Part shown: positions 1-8,734 of the stretch, piece by piece | Layout of the letters: each line of letters starts with the position of its first letter | Numbering within the stretch: position 1 is the stretch's first letter | Origin: Candidatus Freyarchaeum deiterrae | Lineage (GTDB): Archaea > Asgardarchaeota > Jordiarchaeia > Jordiarchaeales > Jordiarchaeaceae | Reading direction: 5' to 3' | Assembly: GCA_037305845.1 (NCBI GenBank) | Contig: CP147778.1 | Location: forward strand, 3,512,205 to 3,576,204 | DNA: 64,000 bases | Position numbers and translations under genes: made by a program | The notes under the pieces: model-generated | Seen by the model: only the letters and a program-made list of their open reading frames with translations | Database searches by the model: none | Told to the model about the DNA's origin: nothing

Positions 1-2313
1 TCTAATAACACTGCAACTAACAATAATTACGGTTTCGCACTATGCGATAGCTCAAACAATAATAATCTTTCGGGTAACACGGCAGACAGCAACACTTATG
101 AGAACGGCATCTACGGCGACGGCTTCTGCCTGAACTCTAGCTCGTATAATATTCTTTCTGATAACACCGCAAACAAAAACGGCTTTGGCTTCCACCTAAA
201 CCCCGGCTCTAACTACAATACTCTTTCGGATAACAACGCAACCAACAACTGGCAAGCTGGCTTCTGGCTATACTCCAGCTCAAACAACAATCTTTCGGGA
301 AACATAGCCACAAACAACCACCAAGGCTTCACCCTAGCAGATAGCTCGAACAACATTCTCTTGGGCAACACCGCGAACAAAAACAGTATAGGCTTCTATC
401 TGGCCAGCTCTTACAATACTCTTTCGGGTAACACCGCAAACAACAACGACCAAGGCTTCTATATAATCTACGGCTCTTACAATACTCTTTCGGGTAACAC
501 CGCAAACAACAACGATGTCGCCGGGTACTACCCATGGTCCAGCGACGGTTTCTTCCTATGGTACAGCCCGTACAACAATCTTTCGAACAACACTGCAAAC
601 TACAACAAATGCGGCTTCTACCTAGCCTACAGCTCTTACAACACTCTTTCGGGAAACACTGCAACCAACAACACTTACCACGGCTTCTACCTAGACTACA
701 GCTCGGACAACAATATTCTTTCTGGCAACACTGCTCTAAACTGTAATACGGGATACTATTGGTCTTCCGACAGTAGTAATAATGATTTTACGGGCAGTGT
801 TTGGGCCAACTACCTGTGTGTGAACATCACAGACCCTCTGGGGCTTCCTATTCCTGGCGCAGAGATTAACGTTGAAACCGACGGAACACCGGTATACGCT
901 ACACCCCATTTTGGAGGTTTAAACGATACAACCGATTCGAATGGTTTAACCCCATGGATCATTGTCACCTACGAGACTGGTACAGGAATAGACCAGATGA
1001 CTTTGAACACCACCAACGTCACCGTGTACTACGCACAGTTGCCCTTCTCAAACAATTCAAGAACGGTTAGCATGTCTGCGTCACATGTAGAAACATTCCA
1101 GGTGGAGACGGTGACTATCACCTCACCATCCGAGGGAGCCATACTAACCAACGCCGATGTCCTCTTAGCATGGACTAGCAGCGACAACACGGGCGTAGAC
1201 CACTACGCGGTCAGAATCGACGGCGGAAACTGGACCAGTGTGGGTACGAGTCTCAGCTACAATTTCTTCGGTCTCTCAGACGGCTCTCACACCGTTGATG
1301 TGAGGGTCTTCGACCTTGCGGGTAACAACGCCACCACATCTGTGTCATTCTTCGTGGACACTACTCCGCCATCTGTGACTATCACCTCACCTACTGCGAA
1401 TGAGCTGTTTAATACCACCAGTGTTACAGTGAACTGGACTGGCAGCGACGACACCGGCATAGACCACTACGAGGTTATACTTGACAGCGGTTCCTGGACT
1501 AGTGTGGGGACGAGTCTCAGCCACGTGTTCAGTGTTTCCAACGGTACTCACACCGCGTACGTTAGGGCCTTCGACCTTGTGGGTAACAGCGTCACCGGCT
1601 CTGTTTCCTTCAATGTGGACACTACTCCGCCAACTGTGACTATCACCTCACCCTCCGGGGGAGCAGTACTTCCCACCAATGTTACAGTGAACTGGACTGG
1701 CAGCGACGACACCAGCATAGCCTACTTTGAGGCTAGGATTGACGGAAATATCTGGGTTAATGTATCCACGAGTCTCAGCCACACCTTCACCGGTGTCTCA
1801 AACGGTTCTCACACCGTTGATGTTTTAGCTTTCGACCTTGCGGGTAACAACGCCACCGGCTCTGTTTCCTTCAACGTGGACACTACTCCGCCATCTGTGA
1901 CTATCACCTCACCTACTGCGAATGCGATGTTTAATACCACCAGTGTTACAGTGAACTGGACTGGCAGCGATGATACCGGCATAGACCACTACGAGGCCAG
2001 GATTGACAGCGGCTCCTGGGGCAACATGGGAACTAACACCAGCTACGTGTTCAGCAGCTTGTCCGACGGTCTTCACACAATTGATGTTATGGCCTTCGAC
2101 CTTGCGGGTAACAACGCCACAGCTTCTGTATCCTTTACCGTGGCTTCCGTGCAACCAGGACAATCTCAGACAATGCTCCTGGCTCTCCTGTCGTTGGCTG
2201 GAACGCAGGGAGGAGGAACCAGTCCTCTGGTCTACGTTGCTATCATAGGTGTCGTGGGTGTGGGTGTAGTGGCTGCTGGTTTGTTCTACTACTTCCGCAG
2301 AGTGAACGCTTAA
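1..2313 (+). CDS. Membrane-anchored surface protein: parallel beta-helix (NosD/CASH-like) repeats, 4 Ig-like domains, C-terminal TM (5' end outside the window)
   Basis: Frame 1 is open from base 1. It has GFxLxxSSNNxLSGNTAxxN repeats, four ~87-aa VTITSP...D.AGN repeats, and a terminal TM followed by YYFRR. Confidence 0.9.
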   Translation, partial: SNNTATNNNYGFALCDSSNNNNLSGNTADSNTYENGIYGDGFCLNSSSYNILSDNTANKNGFGFHLNPGSNYNTLSDNNATNNWQAGFWLYSSSNNNLSGNIATNNHQGFTLADSSNNILLGNTANKNSIGFYLASSYNTLSGNTANNNDQGFYIIYGSYNTLSGNTANNNDVAGYYPWSSDGFFLWYSPYNNLSNNTANYNKCGFYLAYSSYNTLSGNTATNNTYHGFYLDYSSDNNILSGNTALNCNTGYYWSSDSSNNDFTGSVWANYLCVNITDPLGLPIPGAEINVETDGTPVYATPHFGGLNDTTDSNGLTPWIIVTYETGTGIDQMTLNTTNVTVYYAQLPFSNNSRTVSMSASHVETFQVETVTITSPSEGAILTNADVLLAWTSSDNTGVDHYAVRIDGGNWTSVGTSLSYNFFGLSDGSHTVDVRVFDLAGNNATTSVSFFVDTTPPSVTITSPTANELFNTTSVTVNWTGSDDTGIDHYEVILDSGSWTSVGTSLSHVFSVSNGTHTAYVRAFDLVGNSVTGSVSFNVDTTPPTVTITSPSGGAVLPTNVTVNWTGSDDTSIAYFEARIDGNIWVNVSTSLSHTFTGVSNGSHTVDVLAFDLAGNNATGSVSFNVDTTPPSVTITSPTANAMFNTTSVTVNWTGSDDTGIDHYEARIDSGSWGNMGTNTSYVFSSLSDGLHTIDVMAFDLAGNNATASVSFTVASVQPGQSQTMLLALLSLAGTQGGGTSPLVYVAIIGVVGVGVVAAGLFYYFRRVNA
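1108..2140 (+). repeat. Four tandem Ig-like domain repeats (~260 bp each)
   Basis: gtgactatcacctcacc and ttcgaccttg(c/t)gggtaac recur. Repeats 2 and 4 start almost identically. Confidence 0.85.
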
Positions 2314-2315
2314 AA

Positions 2316-2410
2316 TAGGGCTAGATACCTCCTGACCGATTGTTCGGGAGTCTACTCTCAACCCTCCTTTTTTTGTTTTAGATATTGGTTTCGAATGCGA
2401 CACTAGAAAA
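2316..2410 (+). terminator. Hairpin plus T-tract 3' trailer, homologous to 24680..24780
   Basis: ccga-ttgt-tcgg core stem, flanking pairing, then ctcctttttttg. Confidence 0.6.
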
Positions 2411-2642
2411 TTCAGGTTAGGTTATGCAGTTTGTGAGTGGGCTTTTTTGGATTCTGTTTCTGGTTTGCTTATTGTCTTATTTTGGTGTTTATTTTATTTG
2501 ATTTGCTGGGCTGGAAATAATTGTGTTTTTTTGTTTGTTTTTCGTATTACGTGGATGTTAGCATAATTTAAATATTTTAAAGATTAAATGATTGTTTAGG
2601 TAGTACGGGTCAATTTCCAGTGGAACTTTTGGTGAAAAAACA

Positions 2643-3425
2643 ATGTACGGTATAACGGTAAAAAATTTGGGAAAAGTGCCCAAAAAAGTCAATCACCCGA
2701 TATGCATACAGGGTCTCCCTGACATAAGCAACGTGGGAACAGAGGCCGTAAAGCAGCTAGTGGAAAGACTCGAAGCCAAAAAGGTTATGGAGCTGGGGTT
2801 TAACGACCTCCCACCCATAATCATAATTAACGATGGAATCCCACACCTTCCAGTCATCCAGATACATTTCTGGAAGGATCCACAAAACAAGCAGGACATA
2901 TTTTTCGTTTCAGGCGACGACCAACCGTTGAGCTCCAGGGGAATCTACACCATCTCACAATATCTGGCGGAGCTCATGTCGAAAAATGATGTGCAGCTTA
3001 TAGTAACCCTCGGCGCATACCTAGTTGAAACTTCCAGCAGAAACGATCCAGTAAAAATATACGTAGCCGCCACTCACAAGGAAAACGAACACTTGGAAAA
3101 ACTCCTCAGCCTGCCCCACGCCAAACCCATGACTGAGGGAGAAATACTCGGAGCAAACGGCATGGTACCAACACTAGCAAAACAGAAATTCAACATAGAC
3201 GGAGCAATAATTCTATCCGAAACCAGTGCACAAATCGCCTCAACAGGAACCAACGATCCCAACGCCACAACGGCACTGGTTGAAACCATGAAAAAATACT
3301 TCAACCTTCCACTAAACGGCACCCCCACAAAAACCACGAAACACTCACCACCAACCAATGAAGACAAAAAGCCCCCAAAAGTAGAACTTCCAGAAACATA
3401 CAACCAAAGCAGCTACATAGGCTGA
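2643..3425 (+). CDS. PAC2 family (proteasome assembly chaperone-like) protein
   Basis: GLPDISNVG, GDDQP, TLGAY and ILGANG motifs; C-terminal HbYX-like YIG. Confidence 0.85.
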   Translation: MYGITVKNLGKVPKKVNHPICIQGLPDISNVGTEAVKQLVERLEAKKVMELGFNDLPPIIIINDGIPHLPVIQIHFWKDPQNKQDIFFVSGDDQPLSSRGIYTISQYLAELMSKNDVQLIVTLGAYLVETSSRNDPVKIYVAATHKENEHLEKLLSLPHAKPMTEGEILGANGMVPTLAKQKFNIDGAIILSETSAQIASTGTNDPNATTALVETMKKYFNLPLNGTPTKTTKHSPPTNEDKKPPKVELPETYNQSSYIG

Positions 3426-3720
3426 CCCCCCCTCAACAATACACCACCAATAACAACAACAATAACAACAATTAAAAATCACCACAAAGCAAAGCATTCG
3501 GGGGGTTCCCAATTTTTAATTTTTCCAAATCAAACAAGGATAAAACACATGCTCATTCTATATTATACTTATGATTTCGAATCCTTTTTGATAAACCATT
3601 ACTTTTTAGTGAAACCAACTTAAAGAACTTAATCGCGTACCTTTTATTCTCTGAAGGCGTCCTATTACTATTAATATGATATCATATTATTGAATGTGTT
3701 AATAATAATGAGGCTTTAAA

Positions 3721-3915
3721 ATGAAGGATGAAACTGGTAAAAAGAAATCTGACCCGGAGAATCGAATAAGAAATGTTACCCTCTGGAGATGCACAAACTG
3801 TGGGGGGCTCAACAGGACGGAAGAGCAACCAGAAGTATGTGAACTCTGTGGAGAGGGAAAAACATTCGAAAAAATGAAACTAAAAATCAAAACAAGTCCA
3901 ACTCAAGACACTTAA
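3721..3915 (+). CDS. Small rubredoxin-like/zinc-ribbon protein
   Basis: WRCTNCG...PEVCELCG...F pattern. Confidence 0.7.
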   Translation: MKDETGKKKSDPENRIRNVTLWRCTNCGGLNRTEEQPEVCELCGEGKTFEKMKLKIKTSPTQDT

Positions 3916-3963
3916 AAAAAAGTAAAAAAGAAGAAAATATTGTAGGATTTAACTCAAAACATT

Positions 3964-6900
3964 TTAGGAAATTCTCTTCATGGATTTAGGTTCTTTCTTT
4001 CTCTTACCCTTACTCTCAGTTTCTGACGATGCGTCGGATTCTTCGGAATCTTGTTCTCCGCTTTCTTCTTCTGCTGCTGCTGTTGCTGCTGTTGTTGGTG
4101 CAATGCCTTCTTTGTCGCCTGAAGTTTCTTTTGGGCTTTCGACTTTTTCTGGTTCGGCTATTTTCTCTGGTTCTGGTTGTTTCAGTACTTCCCATTCTTG
4201 TTCTGTCTTTATTTCTGCTTTTTCTGGTTCTGGCGTCTTAGGTTCTTCCACTACTGTGGGTGTTTCCGCTTTTGGTTTCTCTGGTTCTTGTTCTTTAAGC
4301 CATTCATCCGGAATATTTAGTTCTGTTTCTTTTGTTTCCGATTTTTCCAGTTCTTTCGATAGTTCTGTTTCAACTTCCTCTGGTTCCGGCTCGGTTTCTT
4401 CCGCTTCTTCTGGTTTTTCTGTTCTGGCTTTCTTGGGTTTCTTTATTGGTTTCTTGAGTATTTCTTGTCTTTCTTCTGCTTCATCTATGGTTTGTAAGAC
4501 TTTGGCGCTGATTTCTCCTGGCACGTTTACTGATTCTAGGAGTTTTTCGCGTTCACGTGGGGCAGCGGTCTTCAGCTCTACGGCTAGTGCGTAGGCTTCT
4601 TCTTTTTTCATTCCGGATTCTATGAGCAGTGGTAGGATGCGGTCTGCCAGTTCCATTGGGATGTATTGATCCGCTTTGGGCTCTAATCCCAGAGGGGCTA
4701 GTTCTTCACTGCGAATGTTGGTTACCACTATTTCTCTTGGTACCAGTTTAACTTCTAACTTTTCTCCACGGGTAATTTGGGCTATTAGTTCGTCGATTCT
4801 CTTTATGATAGCGGGTATCGTTGCTCTCTTGATGAGGGCGTAGCCAGTGAACAAGGCGACGGGTATGGCTACGGCTGCTAAAGTTAGTAGGAATGTCGAT
4901 ACTGGAACTCTGGTGCTCGGGGTTAATGCGATCGATTTCTCCTTAATTGACACCATGAATGATATCTGCTGAGGTTCGTAGTTTGTAGCCTGAATCAGAA
5001 TGGTAATCGGTATCGATGAGGGTGGCAGCCCGAAAGTTGGAACTAGAACTAAGTAGTTACCACCACCCAATTGTGAAGCACTGATCTGCTGTGTACCTAC
5101 GCTACCTGCGCCACTTGCTCCGCCGAAAACTGGTAACCCACCGGTAACCGTTACGGTTGCGTTGGGTACTGGATTTCCATTACGATCCACGTATGTAAAT
5201 GAGAGGGGGGCAAAAGTCCACGAGTTTTCAATCTGAACCAAGGGGCCTGCGAAGAGATACTCTGAGGATCCGAATATTTCCGGAATAAGAGTTGCGGATG
5301 TGAATGTAGTGGGGGTTCCTTTGAGATTTAGGGTCAAATACTGGTATTGAGCAGTATAGTTGGTAAGTACCGCCTGTATTACAACGGTGTATACTCCAGA
5401 TTTGAGTGTCCCGTTGGTTATTTGTCCAGAGTAGTTACCTACATTAAGGGGATCATTTAAAGCTCCGTGTATAGTAGTGTTTTCTCTTATACCCCAAGTC
5501 ACGCTGGCACCTAGAACGGGGAAGCCTTGACCGGCGCGTTGGAATAGAGCGGACATGCTAATATTCTGGTCGAAAAATCCTTCAAGGCTGGTATTTGCAA
5601 CTGTGAGAATGGTTGAAACGCTGCTGATAGTGAGATATATTGAGACGCTGGGTATCGAGTAATTCGCTTTGGTAGCACTTACCTGGATTATATATTGACC
5701 AGGCGTTAAATCACTCAAAGTGCCACTGGGAACCTTGAAAGCCCCAAATCCTTGATCCGTCATAGGCTCGTTTATGTGAGTTGTTCCAGGAATTGTTGAA
5801 AGCACTGTAAACGGAAACTCTGGGTCATTTAACACGGGTTGGTAGTGATGTGTTTCAGTATAGTTAACAGTGACAGGGAGTAAATCAAGATTCGGAGCCC
5901 ATTCGATAGTCCAACTGGATATAAACGTAGGAATAACATTAATTTTGTTTAGCAGCAGAAATATTGCGATAGGCGACGGATTCTGATTATTTACAACATC
6001 ACTGGGTATTGCGAACACGGTTATGGTGTAGCTTGTATTACCCGAAAGTCCCACTAAAGTAGTGTTGAAATTAGCATTGTATAAACCCGTAGTTCCCGTG
6101 CTGGTCATGTTGATACTGCGGTTGAATCCATTAGAATCAGAAATATTGAAGCCTATCAACTGCGCATCTATGCCGATACCAGTAATACTGTTATTAAACC
6201 AAACATTGAAGCTTACATTGTCCGACCAAAACATGCCAAGTATTTGGGTTCCATTTACGCATTGCAGGTAGGTTGGTTTAGCGGTAAGGCTGAAGCTCAA
6301 ATGAATCTGTAACGCTAGGGGCCCGGTCATATTTATGGGCTGGCTGACATTTAGTCCAGTTGTTTTGTTGACAATATTTTGGATACCATAGGGTGTCCCA
6401 CCGGCAGTTACGTTTATGTTTAACTGTTGGTTTGCCCAAGCGTAGAATGAACAGTTTGCGAAGTATCGGTTAACATCCTGTGAGATAGGGGTGTATAACA
6501 CATTTGTGTAATTTAATGTCACGTTTGCATTCTGGACTAGGTTGGTAGTACTGTCATAGACTTCGAGGTAAATGCTAGTGATATTCATAGCTATGGTAAT
6601 GCTGGTTATGGGTGCTGTGAAGTTATCTTGGGTATTCCATCTTATGGCTTGACTTGAATAGTTCCAGTAAGAGGGGGTTGGGTTTACGTATGCCTGTATC
6701 CCGTACTGGCTTGAGTTAGAGCTCTCGTATAGTGGGAAAGAGATTTGTCCCAGGGAGTTTGTGAGTCCTGATGTGTTGTATCCTGTTGGGGCTCCTGAAT
6801 TATAGTCATTATAGACTGTTACATTTACTCCAAGTATGGGATTTCCGAAGTTGTCGGTAACGTTAACCTGTAGTGGGAAGATTTTCCTAATCTCGTTGCC

Positions 6901-8232
6901 AGAAACGCATGTCACATTGTGGTTCACTTGATTCCAAGTGTTTGCCGCTTGGCTGACTCCTCCAGTCAGACCCACGATGTAGTATTGGAAGGGTATCTGT
7001 ATGAAATGTTCACCGGAGTTTCTCATGTCGTTTCTGACACCGAAGGATGAGACTCCACTGTCAAAACCCGTGCCGTACTCCATACTAGTACTATTTGCTG
7101 TGTCTCTCGGCCACTGTGAAGAGCCGAGAAAACCTAAACCGATCCCATCGTTACGTACCAGAGCCATGTAGTTCTGAGGCTGTGTTCCCGCTTTAGCCTC
7201 GACAAAAGGAATGCTCGTGGCTATTCCGAGATTGTTATTGTCCACGTAGAAATTCCACGAACTATCTACAGATGTAACCGCAAAATCGTATATTGGAACA
7301 GCGTTAGAGTTTATACTGAAGGGAGTACAGTTCTGGATCTGAATTGCAACTATGCCTGTGTAAGCGTAGAAGGTGTAAGTCTTGTTCATTGGCCCATAGC
7401 TTCCTCCAACTGTGAAGATATCTGTGCTGGTCTTGCTAATCGTGACAATAGCTCTTATGGGTCCGTTTTCAATGACATTGATAGTCCAATTGAGTGTATT
7501 GCCCAAGCCAAACCGTCCGTTATCATCAGCATCTATACGGTCTATTCCTTTGTGCACTCCACTCGTTGGGATGGTTTCAACTCCGTTTATCTGGAACGAT
7601 TGGAATGACGCGTCATTATCGTATGTTAAATCAGCTGAGTAAGACTGATAGTAGCCACTTATTACACCTGTACTAAAACTGAAAGTACTACTACTAGTTA
7701 CGGTGATGCTGAGGTTGCTTGGTTCTGGCTCAGGTGCTCCAAAGGTACTATTATAGTAGAGGTAGTATGTTGACGTTCCACTCTTTGTTACATTAACTGG
7801 GAAAAGCAGGTCGCAGCTCCTAAGGTAACCGTCACCGTAATATGTTGCGTTTGAAATTTGGCTGGGTAATTTTACCCAACTGGCTGTGGTGCTGTTGTAG
7901 TAGGTTAGCTTGGTGCTGTTTTTATTACAGTTTCCATCCAAGAAGTTCATGTATACACTTGCTGGTGCGTTCACTCTGTCTGTGTATCCCGGCTCGGTTA
8001 CGTTTATTTCCTGTCTGAATGTGTAAGTGTAATTCCACCAGAGGTTTGGTTGTGGTTGCGGGTTGGCTTTTGAGGTTACCACGTTTGGCGCTTGTATACT
8101 GGTGAGAGTGTTAGGTTGGGGTGTGAATGCCGTTTGGTTGTTTTGTAGTATGAGGGGTATAGCAATTACTATGAGAAACGCTAGGATAATCACTAATCCT
8201 AAAATGTATTTCCTCTTGTTAGTATTGAACAT
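3964..8232 (-). CDS. 1422-aa cell-surface glycoprotein: N-terminal signal/TM, DUF2341-like start, Ig-like domains, TM, helical then acidic cytoplasmic tail
   Basis: N-terminal hydrophobic segment, WWNYTYTFRQEINV motif, many N-x-S/T sequons, TM near aa 1115-1140, E/K/P-rich tail. Confidence 0.8.
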   Translation of the reverse strand: MFNTNKRKYILGLVIILAFLIVIAIPLILQNNQTAFTPQPNTLTSIQAPNVVTSKANPQPQPNLWWNYTYTFRQEINVTEPGYTDRVNAPASVYMNFLDGNCNKNSTKLTYYNSTTASWVKLPSQISNATYYGDGYLRSCDLLFPVNVTKSGTSTYYLYYNSTFGAPEPEPSNLSITVTSSSTFSFSTGVISGYYQSYSADLTYDNDASFQSFQINGVETIPTSGVHKGIDRIDADDNGRFGLGNTLNWTINVIENGPIRAIVTISKTSTDIFTVGGSYGPMNKTYTFYAYTGIVAIQIQNCTPFSINSNAVPIYDFAVTSVDSSWNFYVDNNNLGIATSIPFVEAKAGTQPQNYMALVRNDGIGLGFLGSSQWPRDTANSTSMEYGTGFDSGVSSFGVRNDMRNSGEHFIQIPFQYYIVGLTGGVSQAANTWNQVNHNVTCVSGNEIRKIFPLQVNVTDNFGNPILGVNVTVYNDYNSGAPTGYNTSGLTNSLGQISFPLYESSNSSQYGIQAYVNPTPSYWNYSSQAIRWNTQDNFTAPITSITIAMNITSIYLEVYDSTTNLVQNANVTLNYTNVLYTPISQDVNRYFANCSFYAWANQQLNINVTAGGTPYGIQNIVNKTTGLNVSQPINMTGPLALQIHLSFSLTAKPTYLQCVNGTQILGMFWSDNVSFNVWFNNSITGIGIDAQLIGFNISDSNGFNRSINMTSTGTTGLYNANFNTTLVGLSGNTSYTITVFAIPSDVVNNQNPSPIAIFLLLNKINVIPTFISSWTIEWAPNLDLLPVTVNYTETHHYQPVLNDPEFPFTVLSTIPGTTHINEPMTDQGFGAFKVPSGTLSDLTPGQYIIQVSATKANYSIPSVSIYLTISSVSTILTVANTSLEGFFDQNISMSALFQRAGQGFPVLGASVTWGIRENTTIHGALNDPLNVGNYSGQITNGTLKSGVYTVVIQAVLTNYTAQYQYLTLNLKGTPTTFTSATLIPEIFGSSEYLFAGPLVQIENSWTFAPLSFTYVDRNGNPVPNATVTVTGGLPVFGGASGAGSVGTQQISASQLGGGNYLVLVPTFGLPPSSIPITILIQATNYEPQQISFMVSIKEKSIALTPSTRVPVSTFLLTLAAVAIPVALFTGYALIKRATIPAIIKRIDELIAQITRGEKLEVKLVPREIVVTNIRSEELAPLGLEPKADQYIPMELADRILPLLIESGMKKEEAYALAVELKTAAPREREKLLESVNVPGEISAKVLQTIDEAEERQEILKKPIKKPKKARTEKPEEAEETEPEPEEVETELSKELEKSETKETELNIPDEWLKEQEPEKPKAETPTVVEEPKTPEPEKAEIKTEQEWEVLKQPEPEKIAEPEKVESPKETSGDKEGIAPTTAATAAAEEESGEQDSEESDASSETESKGKRKKEPKSMKRIS

Positions 8233-8250
8233 TTACTATACCTCATGCAA

Positions 8251-8296
8251 AGAAAGGCGAATAACGTCACAACTTTTAGTGAATCGCTTTCCTTTC
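8251..8296 (-). promoter_or_regulatory. 5' leader hairpin resembling 22461..22511 and 40025..40069
   Basis: Minus strand reads GAAAGG-AAA-GCGA-T-TCAC-TAAAAGTT-GTGA-CGTTAT-TCGC-CTTTC. Confidence 0.4.
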
Positions 8297-8734
8297 ATTT
8301 CCTTTCTTTTTCTGCTCACTCGTTTGAAGTATTGCTCTTAATGCTACTCTCCGAATACTAGAGAACTCGGAGATTTCTTTCAGTCGTTCGCTTTCCTTGA
8401 AAATTCTTTACTTTTTTTGATAATTGGTTGTCGTTACTAATAATTTGTTCATCTTTTACCTATATTCCTTTCTATTTTCTAATATTTATCAGAAAAATAT
8501 GGTTATTTTACTAAAAAAATATCCACTAAAATGGTATAATATAATTATTAAAATAATAATGAAAGTTACATGAAACGAGAACCCTAAAGCATCCTTTATC
8601 TTAATAAATTAGAAAGTAGGAAACCCCTCTGAAAGAAACAGTTTTGTAAAGCGCTGTTAGCAGAAAGAAGTTTTCGGTTAACGCCCTATACCGCGTATTC
8701 GTTGATTAGAAAAAATAAAAAAATGAGTTGAGGA

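Noticed and set aside
2330-2352. TGA-stem-GA resembling a SECIS or K-turn core
   Set aside because: The stem is only 4 bp, the GA is CA in the paralog, and there is no in-frame UGA in the visible gene.
2613-2626. ttccagtggaac resembles an origin recognition box core
   Set aside because: It is a single copy with no G-string, and there is no cdc6/orc1 in the window.
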